From assembly GCA_013416795.1 (NCBI GenBank), contig RQSC01000001.1, positions 228,605-285,934 of the forward strand: a DNA stretch of 57,330 nt, written 5' to 3'. The notes under the pieces were generated by a model. That model worked only from the letters and a program-made list of their open reading frames with translations, searched no databases and was not told the origin of the DNA. Positions 20,601 through 29,789 of the stretch are shown piece by piece. Made by a program: the position numbers and the translations under genes. Source of the DNA: Prasinococcaceae sp. CCMP 1430. Its lineage: Eukaryota; Plantae; Prasinodermophyta. Every line of letters begins with the position of its first letter. Position 1 is the stretch's first letter.

Positions 20601-21965
20601 ATGATGCAGTTGCCGCCAGTGGGCCGTGTTCCCGCCGTGGCGGTGCTGCTGTTGTGTTCGGCTGTCGCAACGTCAGCACTTGCGGCCGGAGCGGCAGAGG
20701 CACGTGCCCGTCCCGAAGAGCAGGGGGCGCTCGCGCGCTTGGAGGGGCGCGAGCTCGCGGATCACATGCGCCAGTGCCTGCGACGATTGGCACTGCACGA
20801 TCCGTCGCGGCCCGATGGCGAGCGGGATGCCTACCTGTACGGCCGCCCCACGGGACTCGCAGCGCGCGACACCTCGTTCGTGACGTACTCCGTCCCGCAC
20901 AGGTGCGTGTCGCGGCGCGGCCGTCAGTCCGTGACGTTGCATGGCCCGATCAGGCTCTGACCCGCACCGCGGCCCGCGCTGCTCCATCCGCCGCCTTCGT
21001 CCTCTCACGTTGGCAGGCTGATGTTCCTCCACAATCTCAAGGCCGGCACCTCCTCCATGGGGTATCTTCTGAAGAAAGCAAATGCCGTCAAGAGGATGTG
21101 GGGAGTCGGCCATAGAGAACCTGAGTCACTGCCGGAGCTCACGTCGCCGCCCGCGCTGCCTGGCTGGGCCAATCACTCCCGTACGCGCTGCGTGCATCTT
21201 GGGAGCACCTCGGGACTGTGCATGAACGCGTCTGCGATGCAGAGCGCGTTCGACCTGCGGCTGAGCGTCGCGCGAGACCCGGTACAAAAGTTCGAGAGCG
21301 GAGTCCGCCAGGCGTGGTCCGCGCGGACAAAGCTGAAGGAGCTCTACCCGACAGCCGACGCAATGCTGGATGCACAGCTCGCCGCGTACGCTGCCAGGCG
21401 CTCGCGCGACACAGGCGAGGCGTTTTCGTCGATCGACCCTCTCGGGGACGGGCTCACGCATGGCAAGAGCGAAGCCGAAGCGCACGCCATTCTGGATTGC
21501 GCTCTGACACGCTGCATAGGCTGGGCGGAAAACGTGCTCTGGATCAACGAGCACCTGGCGACGACGCTGTGGCGTTTCGCGTCGGTCACCGCCGACGGAG
21601 TGCCGTTGTCGGAGGTCCTCAACTACGTGGGCCGCACGGAGCGACTGGACAAGGCTTGGGAAGACGTCGGCGCGGCGCTGTTGTCAACTACCGCCGCGGC
21701 GCAAGCGGCGCGCAGCGCCGCGGGCCTGCCCCTAAATGCCAACGAGGAGGCCAAACTCAAGTCATTGGTCAGCAGAGGGCACGCTCTGGTCGCAAACTCT
21801 CGCACGCCGCACGCGAAAAAGGATGCACCAGCTAGCCCTCGTCCTGATGTGCTCTCAACCACCGGCGTCCGCAAGATGTGCGCTAGCGAGCTCTTCAGGC
21901 ATGAGTGGGCGTGCGCAGGCTATGCCCTACCGCCGGAGTGCAGGAACGCGCGAGGAGACGAGTAA
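20601..21965 (+). CDS. Secretory-pathway sulfotransferase (family-2-like); exons 20601-20902 and 21017-21965
   Basis: Hydrophobic signal/anchor; phase-2 GTGCGT...GGCAG intron gives PHR|LMFLHNLKAGTSS (5'-PSB); VARDPVQKFES (3'-PB-like). Confidence 0.8.
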
Positions 21966-22180
21966 GAGACAGCCTAAGCGTCGTGCACGCTCGCTGTGCG
22001 CAATTTACAGACGCATCGCATGCGCGCTCGCGGTGAGAGCTGCGCAATCGAGCAAGCGGTCAGGCGGGCCAGCGCCGAGCGTTCTTGCCCGCACGAGCGC
22101 CGATCGAGACGGCCAGAGCCCCGCAACGGGCCTGCGGCCCCCTCGCCAACGGCGCCAAGCCGGCAGCGGCGCGACTGCTC

Positions 22181-23658
22181 TTACTCGCCGAGGTCGCTCC
22201 TGATGCGGACCACGAGCTTGCCTTTTGTGCGCCTCGCCAGCAGCTCCTGTGGGAAAGGGGCGCAGCGCGGCGGTCGAGAGGGCGCGAGGCGAGGCCCGGG
22301 CGGGGCGGCGGCGCGATCGGGGATGGCCATAGGTGCGTCGTCAGCAAGCCCAAAAGCTCGGTACGTGGCTTTTGGGCAACGGTGGTGAGGGGTTGTGGTG
22401 GAGGGGGCTACACGTCCGCACGCAAGCCAGAGCGCACGCACCTCGACCGCGCGAGCGACGCTCGCGCTGTCGAACGGCACCTCTCGCGCCACGACGGGCG
22501 ACAGCTCCCCATCCTCCACCATGCGCGCAAGCTCCTCGAGCTCGCCGCGCGTGCGTGGGAAGCGTATCCAGAACAGCGCTCGCTCCGCGCCGTACGGGTC
22601 CACACGCAGCACCTTACCCATACCCGCGCGCAGCCAGTCCGCGAAGCTGCCGCCGATGGTCACGTAGCGCCCGGCCAGCAGCGGCACTGGAGGTCTGGCG
22701 CCGGCCTTGGCGCCAGGAGGCCCCGCTGCAGGGCCGCCCGCCGCATCGGCGCCGTCGATTGCGCCACCACTCACAACCAGCGGGTACGCCCACGCGGCGT
22801 CGACACCGTCTTTGCTCGTTACGGTGTCAAGACAGAGGTCGAAAGGAGCGCCGCCGGAGGCTCGCACGAGCGCCGCTCGCAGTTCAGCTGGGGATGCGGA
22901 GGCCGTGTAGTCGACGGTGGCATCGGCACCGAGCGCCTCGGCCATTGCGCAGCCCTGCGCGCGCGCCGGGCGCGCGCTTCAGCCTTTTGGAACCTCAAGG
23001 GGTGGCGCGCCCCCTTGATCTCTCACGGCAATGCGCAGAGCAGCGCGCTGCCCCCAACACCTTTCCCCAGTCGTCGACATCGCGCGCCGCTCACCTCGGT
23101 GCCCGCCACCGCCGTCACGTGCGCCCCCATCGCCTTCGCCACTTGCAAGGCTACGTGTCCCACCCCTCCACTCGCGCCAATGAGCAGCAACCTCTTCCCG
23201 CACGCGAGCCCGTTGTGCCTAAGGGCCTGCAGCGCCGTGAGGCCGACGAGCGGTAGCGCGGCGGCGCGCGCAAAGCTGGCGCCGCGAGGCATGTGCGCGA
23301 CTTGGTGCGCGGGCACCTCCACCACGTCGGCCACGCTCGCCACCCCGATGGGCGATGTGCCAAACACGCGGTCGTCGGGAGCGAAGAGTTGCGCGCCCGC
23401 GCCTGCCCCTGCGCATGCGACGACGCCGGCAAAGTCGAAGCCCGCGCCGAGTCCCTCAACGCTGCGGCGGCCGACGAGCGCGTCCAGCCACGAAGGCAGC
23501 TTGTCGCCCACCAAATATTTGGCGTCGACCGGGTTGAGGCCCGCAGCCACCACGTCGACGAGCACGTGCCCTTCGCGCGGGGCCGCAGGCCGCCGTGCTC
23601 GCTCGCTCACCGCGACGCCACCTGCGGACGCGCGGCTGTACACGAGTGCCCGCATCAT
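22181..23658 (-). CDS. Zinc-independent medium-chain reductase (quinone oxidoreductase-like); exons 23658-23095, 22954-22442, 22246-22181
   Basis: AGLNPVD, GFDFAGVV, GASGGVG, ALGAD...DY, RTKGKLVV; both introns GT-AG and phase 0. Confidence 0.88.
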
Positions 23659-23694
23659 GGGCAGCAACGGTGCGGTCAGAGGGGGTGAGGGGTG

Positions 23695-26600
23695 ATGATG
23701 CGGCGCGGGGGCCGCCGCGCGGCCGCGGACGCCGCGGCGGCGCTCGCGGACATGGTCGCTGCAAGCGGTGCAAACAAAGAGAGGCTAATGACCAGGCCAG
23801 GTGCGGTCGAGGCGCTCGTGTTGGCTATTCGAGGCGACGCGGGCGCTGGCGATGGGGCCGGCGGTGAGGGTGCCGGCGAGCTGGCCCTGCAGGCGTTTCG
23901 GGCGCTAGGCAACCTGTGCTATGGATGGGACGTCGACGCTGCCAAAGAGGCCGTAGACCGCGCGGGTGGCGTGACGGCCGCTGTTTCGGCGGCGGCTACC
24001 GCCGCCGCGCGGCCGAGCGGCGCGGGTGCCTTCCGCTGGGCGGCCCACGCGCTGCGCAACCTGTCGGTGCGCTCGCCGCTCATGCAGTCGCGCGTCGGCG
24101 ATGAGGGCGGCGTCGAGACCCTGCTGGACGGGCTCCGCGCGCCGCACGTGGCGGCGGCCGCGCGTGCGATGGAGAGCGGATGCAAGGCGCTCGCGTACGT
24201 CGTCAAGGGTCACCGTCGGAACCGCCTCGCCGCGGTTAACGGCGGCGCGTTGGCGCTCGGGGCTGCCGCACTTTCGTCCAATCGCGGCGACGTCGCCACC
24301 CTCGAGGCGGCGCTCACACTGCTGTGTCACTGTTGCGCCGCGGAGAGCCCGCTCGAAGGCGGCACGGCGGGATGCCCTCGCGCAGTCGCGGCAGCCCTGG
24401 CCTGCGGCGCGCACGTCGCCGCGCAGGACGCTGTGCGAGCACTTCTCCAGGACACCTGTGGCGACGGCGCGTGCGCTCCTGCGGCGGCCGCCGTGGCCGC
24501 CGGCGACGAGCGTGAACCCGGCCGCCCGTCCACGCACGAATCGCTGGTCGGCTCGGCGGTGTGGCTGTATGCGACCTTCATTTGCCACTCGCTGTCCGCT
24601 CTAGATGAGGGCGGGCGGGCGACGCTCGCAGCCACGCTCACCGATCGCGGCCTCGAGCGCCTTCTGGACTCGGACGCGGGGAGGCGGGCGCGAATGAGAC
24701 GCGCCAAGGTTGGCAGCGCGGTGGACGAGTGCTTGCGGCGCCTTCGCGATGCGCGAGGGAAAGGCGCGCCGACGCAACCATCGTCGCAAGCGGCCACGGC
24801 GACGCGCAATGCTTCCAGTGACGAGGACTGCAAGCGTTGCGCTGGGGATGAGCGTGACGCTCACGCGCGCGACTGCGTGCGAGCTATCGCGAAGCTCGGC
24901 GCACGCGTACGCGAGCTCAAAGTCGCCGCAACAGGCGGCGAGGGTAGCGGGTCGGAGGCTCTCGCTGCCGCGCTGGACGAGCTGGCGGCGCTCAAGGATC
25001 GCAGTGCAGGCATTGTGGAGGCGGCGATACGTGAGGCCGCTGCAGCTGGCAAGTGCAGGGACGACGTGCAGACGCTGCTGAACGCGCTGCCATCTAACAA
25101 GAAGAGGGCGCTCGAGAAGGAGCTACGAAAGGCGAGCAAGCAGCGAGAAAGTACGGTCGAGGCGTTGCAAGTTGACGCAGCTGCAAAGCGGGCAGCCGGC
25201 GGTGGTGCTTCTGTCGATGCTGCCATCGCTGGCAGCGATGCTCGTTGCGCCAGCGCTGGCGATGGCATCTCCGATGCCGACCTGGCGTGCTGCGTGCGCG
25301 TCATCGACGCGCTGTCTGATTGCGATGACCGCTCGGGGACGACCGACTGGCTTGAGTCGCCGCGCTTTCGCAAGCTGCGCAAGGCGCTCCAGCCTCTGCA
25401 CGAGGCGCACGCCCAGAAACACCAAGAGATAAGCGAGTACGCGCGCCGAAGGCAGCTACAGCGCGAGGAGGACGCCAGGCGCACGCGCCAGGCGGCGCAG
25501 GACAAGCGGCACCGCGACACGACCACCCTCAGGAGGGGGCGCATTGAGCGGCTGAAGCAGCTCTGTGAGGACGCGTCTGTGAACGGCGCGCCGCTGGCGA
25601 TCGAGAATGGCGCAGGGCAGAGCGCGCGCGAGATGGGCGACGCTATCGTTAGCGATGACGGGGGCATGAATGATGCCGCCAGGGCTCTGCAACGGGTGCC
25701 CGACGGCGCCGTCCGGATCACCGGTGGCAGCGGCGTAGACCACGAGCCGGAGCTGCTCGAGGGGAGCGCCTTCCCTGACGGCAGCTTCAACCCAGCACTT
25801 TCGGCTGCGGGCGCCGCGGCAGTCGCTGCGGAAGGCGCCGCGGGCCCGACCGGTGGCCCCGAGCTGCACACAGCCAAGCAGTGCTACATTTGCAAAGCCA
25901 GATTCACCCAGCTGCACCACTTCTATGCGCAGCTGTGCCCTCCATGTGCGGCGCTCAACTATCGCATGCGCAACGCTGCCGCCGATTTGACGGGGCGCGT
26001 GGCGCTTCTGACGGGCGCGCGCGTCAAGATTGGCTACGAGACGGGGCTGAAGCTGCTTCGCGCGGGTGCCACCCTCATCGCGACCACCCGCTTCCCCGCG
26101 GACGCGGCGCGGCGGTATGCAGAGGAGCCGGACTTCGGAAAGTTTCGACATCGCCTGCACCTGCATGGGCTCGATCTGCGAGATGTGGTGACGCTCGAGG
26201 CGTTCTGTGCCTGGCTGAACGCGCACCTGCCGCGACTCGACATCATCGTCAACAACGCCTGCCAGACGGTGCGGCGGCCTGCCGCATTCTACTCGCATCT
26301 CATGGCGGGAGAGAGGGCGATGGCATCAGCGCTGGCGCTGCTGGAAGGGTGCCGCGTCGGCGCCACTGACAGCGAGAGCGGAGGGGTTACAACCGTCGCG
26401 ACACGCGCGCCGGTGGCAGCCGAGGTAGCCGCGCCGCTCTTCGCACAGCAGGTGATGCGCGCGCGGGGTGCCTCCGGGCGCGGAACGCCGGTGGCCGCGA
26501 GCGGGCAGCTCGGACCGGCCAGCGATGACGCTGGTGGCTGCGTGCGCAGCGAGGACCGCGACGACGCGGGCGGCGCCCCCCCCGCCGAGGTGGGGCATGC

Positions 26601-27243
26601 TCCCTCCGCCGTCCAGAGTGCCGCAGTCGCCGCCGCCGAGCTCTCTCAGCTACAGCTCACGCCCGAGGATCGCCTGCCCGTCACTGCGGCGGGTCCACTG
26701 CCCGCGGGCCGGCTCGACGTGAACGGCCAGCAGATCGACCTGCGAGAGAGCAACTCCTGGCGTCTCAAGCTCGAGGACGTCCAGATGCCCGAGCTCGTCG
26801 AGGTGATGGCGATCAACACGCTGGCGCCCTTCATCCTGAACGCCCGCCTGCAGCCGCTCCTCGCAGCCACCGCGGCCGAGGCTGGCTGCGCGTTCATTGT
26901 GAACGTGAGCGCCATGGAGGGCAAGTTCTACCGGCACAAGACGGCCAACCATCCACACACCAACATGGCCAAGGCGGCACTCAACATGATGACGCGCACG
27001 AGCGCGGCAGACCTCGCGCGCGAGCACAGGATCTACATGACGGCCGTCGACACCGGTTGGATCAACGACGAGAACCCGGCTGCGCGGGCGGCGCGGACGG
27101 CGGCGGCGTCGCACTTCCAGACGCCCATCGACGAAGTAGACGCCGCCGCGCGCGTGCTGCACCCGGTCTTCCACGGCCTCGCCACGGACGGCGAGCCGCT
27201 GCACGGCGTCTTCCTCAAAGACTTCTCCGCCAGCGAGTGGTGA
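23695..27243 (+). CDS. Multidomain protein: ARM-like repeats, WHEP-like hairpin, Cys-rich motif and atypical SDR (~1180 aa)
   Basis: ARM-like ALRALGNL / HALRNLS / KALAYV repeats; KLGARVRELK...ALDELAALK; CYICK...LCPPC; TGARVKIG, NNA, NVSAMEG, HPHTNMAKAALN, AVDTGW; no introns needed. Confidence 0.85.
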   Translation: MMRRGGRRAAADAAAALADMVAASGANKERLMTRPGAVEALVLAIRGDAGAGDGAGGEGAGELALQAFRALGNLCYGWDVDAAKEAVDRAGGVTAAVSAAATAAARPSGAGAFRWAAHALRNLSVRSPLMQSRVGDEGGVETLLDGLRAPHVAAAARAMESGCKALAYVVKGHRRNRLAAVNGGALALGAAALSSNRGDVATLEAALTLLCHCCAAESPLEGGTAGCPRAVAAALACGAHVAAQDAVRALLQDTCGDGACAPAAAAVAAGDEREPGRPSTHESLVGSAVWLYATFICHSLSALDEGGRATLAATLTDRGLERLLDSDAGRRARMRRAKVGSAVDECLRRLRDARGKGAPTQPSSQAATATRNASSDEDCKRCAGDERDAHARDCVRAIAKLGARVRELKVAATGGEGSGSEALAAALDELAALKDRSAGIVEAAIREAAAAGKCRDDVQTLLNALPSNKKRALEKELRKASKQRESTVEALQVDAAAKRAAGGGASVDAAIAGSDARCASAGDGISDADLACCVRVIDALSDCDDRSGTTDWLESPRFRKLRKALQPLHEAHAQKHQEISEYARRRQLQREEDARRTRQAAQDKRHRDTTTLRRGRIERLKQLCEDASVNGAPLAIENGAGQSAREMGDAIVSDDGGMNDAARALQRVPDGAVRITGGSGVDHEPELLEGSAFPDGSFNPALSAAGAAAVAAEGAAGPTGGPELHTAKQCYICKARFTQLHHFYAQLCPPCAALNYRMRNAAADLTGRVALLTGARVKIGYETGLKLLRAGATLIATTRFPADAARRYAEEPDFGKFRHRLHLHGLDLRDVVTLEAFCAWLNAHLPRLDIIVNNACQTVRRPAAFYSHLMAGERAMASALALLEGCRVGATDSESGGVTTVATRAPVAAEVAAPLFAQQVMRARGASGRGTPVAASGQLGPASDDAGGCVRSEDRDDAGGAPPAEVGHAPSAVQSAAVAAAELSQLQLTPEDRLPVTAAGPLPAGRLDVNGQQIDLRESNSWRLKLEDVQMPELVEVMAINTLAPFILNARLQPLLAATAAEAGCAFIVNVSAMEGKFYRHKTANHPHTNMAKAALNMMTRTSAADLAREHRIYMTAVDTGWINDENPAARAARTAAASHFQTPIDEVDAAARVLHPVFHGLATDGEPLHGVFLKDFSASEW

Positions 27244-27454
27244 CAATCGACCGTGCGCGCTGCTGACGACAATTATGCGCCAATCATGCGCTCTTGAGTA
27301 CAGTATACTATCAATTTTTCGCACGCAGCCTTGTGGCGGACGCCCAGCGCTGCGTGGGACGCGTGGGTCGGGCGTGTTGCCCACGCGCACGAGCACGTGC
27401 AAGCGCGTGCGCGCGCGCGTGCTGATGCGGCGCGTGTGCGGAAGCGGCGCGCGG

Positions 27455-28460
27455 TTACACGCGCTGCACGGCCGCGAGCGCGGCGCCGCGCCCGGCCTTG
27501 AAGCCGCTGGCGAAGGCGCCGTTCTTGAGCGCCTGCAGCCGCCACTCGGCGCGCGCCGCCAGCTCGGCCGCGGCGCGCGCGTCCAGCCCCGCCTCGGCCG
27601 CCAGCGACTCGACGAACGAGAGCACGTCCGACAAGTCGGCCGCCGTCGAGCGCTCCGCGCCGCCCTTGGAGGCCTGCGAGTCCTTCTTGCCCTTCTTCTT
27701 GTCCTTCTTCCCACCCCCCTTGGCCTGCTGCTGCGCGCCGCCGTCCGCGGCGCTTCCCCCCGTGCCGAACGCGCCGCCCTCCGCCTTGGCCGTCTTGCGC
27801 ACGTACTTCGCGAGGTCGGGCGGGCTGTCCTTGGAAACCACGGCCTTAGCCTCGAGGTCAACCCACGCGTAGGTCACGCCCTCGGCCTCGACCAGGCGCT
27901 CCAGGTCGGCCGGCGAGATGGCCGTGGTCGCGTCGTTGGTCAGCGGGTGGAAGTGGCACACCTGCGGACGGAGGCGAGGGCGCCAGCGTGAGCCGCCGTC
28001 GCGGGTCAGCGCGGTTGGCGGGCGCGCGCGCGAGCGCACGCGCGGGCAACCGGCGGCTGCGACGCACCTTGTGCTCCTTGAACTTCTGGTCGATCAGCAG
28101 CACGACCTCCTTGCAGCCCGGCGAGATGACCGCCAATGGCGTCGCGCAGCCCGCAGGCACTCCGAGCGCGGTGCCGAGCATCGCCGGGTCGGCCATGCGC
28201 ACGCCGCTCTTGCCGTGGCCGAGGCGGGTGGACAGCGCGCGCAGGTCCACCTTGGTGTCGGTGAGGGCCGTCACCAGGTAGAGGTTCTTCTTCTTGTCGG
28301 TGAGCAGCAGGTTCTTCGCGTGCGCGCCCTCGATGTGCCCGACGTGCGGCAGCAGCTCGTCGACGGTCATCGCCGGCGGGTGCTCGACCGTCGTGGCGCC
28401 GATCGAGAGCGCGGCGAGCCGCGCCTCGAGCGCCGCGCGCCCCTCGTCGTTCACGCCCAT
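27455..28460 (-). CDS. PrdX/YbaK-family aminoacyl-tRNA deacylase with plant-type C-terminal extension; exons 28460-28068 and 27961-27455 (299 aa)
   Basis: EHPPAMTV, AKNLLLTDKK, LGVPAGCATPLA, FHPLTNDATTAI; C-terminal LKNGAFASGFKAG; phase-0 intron. Confidence 0.88.
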
Positions 28461-28678
28461 GGCCCCACCCGCTCGCGCCCTGCCCACCCCACCCACCCGC
28501 GACGTCCTCCTCACCCCACGCACACACGCGCGCGCACGCGCGCGCACTCGCCGGGCCCCGCCCTCGCACTCCCACACGAGCACCCACGCACGCGCGCGCA
28601 CACACACACGGCCCCGCCCCTCCACGCCGCGAGAAGGCCCCCTCCCGGCCCGCCGCCCGCGCGCGCTGTGGCGCGCGC

Positions 28679-28936
28679 AACCCTACGCCGCGCCGCCGAT
28701 CCGAGGTCAAAACGAACGCAAACCCGCATTCTTCTACAAACCCTATTATTTTAACCCTTATCGCATCGCCCCAAACAAGCGAGCCTCCGCGGACACGTCG
28801 AAGGCACACACGGCGACGCCGGGAGGTTTGGGTTTCGGCGCCTACGGCGGGGGCGCGGAGGCGTTTTGCTATGGGGCTTTGGGTCGACGCTCGTTGCGCA
28901 ACGTAAAATGTACTATCATATTAACCCTAACCCTAA
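28679..28936 (+). promoter_or_regulatory. AT-rich divergent promoter region with four telo-box-like AACCCTA copies
   Basis: AACCCTA at 28679, 28739, 28923, 28929, between the PrdX ATG (-) and the lumen-gene ATG (+). Regulatory role inferred from the plant telo-box. Confidence 0.5.
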
Positions 28937-29095
28937 TCACGCACAGGCATCGTCGGATTCTGGATAAGATTCCCGGGGGGGGGGAGGGGAGCGTGCGTGC
29001 GTGTCGAGGAGGGGAGCGTGTGTGCGCGTCACAGCGCGCGCTGAGAGGCCCCGCCGCTCGCCCGTGCGTCGGAAGGGGAGAGAAGGGGGCGGAGG

Positions 29096-29650
29096 ATGGC
29101 GTGCGCGGCGCGAGCGCCCGCCCGCGCGCGCGCCGGGCGGTCGCGGCCCTCGCTGAAAGTGAGCGCGAGCGAGCAGGCAGAAGGCCCCCAGCGCGAGCGC
29201 CGCGGACCGCCCCGAGGGCTACACCGACGCCACGCGCGCGCTCGTCGAGGCCAGCCGCGCGCTCGTCGACGGCGAGACCAACGACCAGTCCGAGTTCGTC
29301 GCGCTCCGCGAGGCGTGGGATGGCAGCTACCGCAAATCGTGCGTGGTCGCCAATGCGGTGTGCCATGGCGCGCAGTGCTCGAGCGGAGCGCTCGTGTACT
29401 CGAGCGCCAGCGCCGCGCCCGCACCGCCCGCGCCGCTGACACGTCCCGCCGCCGCTGACGGGTTCGCCCCCGAAGCTACGGGCCGCACGGCACGTCGCAC
29501 CTGTTGGCTATCCGCGTGTCCACGATGGTGGGCGGCGAGGTCAACCGCCTGCAGGGCAAGGCCTACGACGCAGAGCACACAGTTTACAACCCCGAGTTCG
29601 CGCGCGAGCTCATCGCCCGGGCCAACACCGCGCTCGACAACGGCGAGTGA
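29096..29650 (+). CDS. Probable thylakoid-lumen protein (weakly Psb27-like), with an apparent frameshift near 29186-29195; second exon 29476-29650
   Basis: Transit-like MACAARAPARARAGRSRPSLKVSAS; mature frame PSASA-ADRPEGYTDATRALV...WDGSYRK; GTGCGT intron 29339-29475 with a CTGAC branch point; ends ANTALDNGE*. Absent from the ORF track. Confidence 0.6.
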
Positions 29651-29789
29651 GGGCCGAGCGCGGCGCGCGCGCGCGCGCTCGCATGGCCCGGGCACTCTTT
29701 TCGTTTCGTTACATTTTGTCACATTGAGCCTGGCGGGTGGCTCCTTCAACGCCCTCCCTCACTCGAGCTCTCGCACGCGCATTGGTCTA

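Noticed and set aside
14716-27243. Endogenous giant-virus or bacterial HGT island
   Set aside because: No viral hallmark genes, integrase or terminal repeats; several genes have normal host-type introns.
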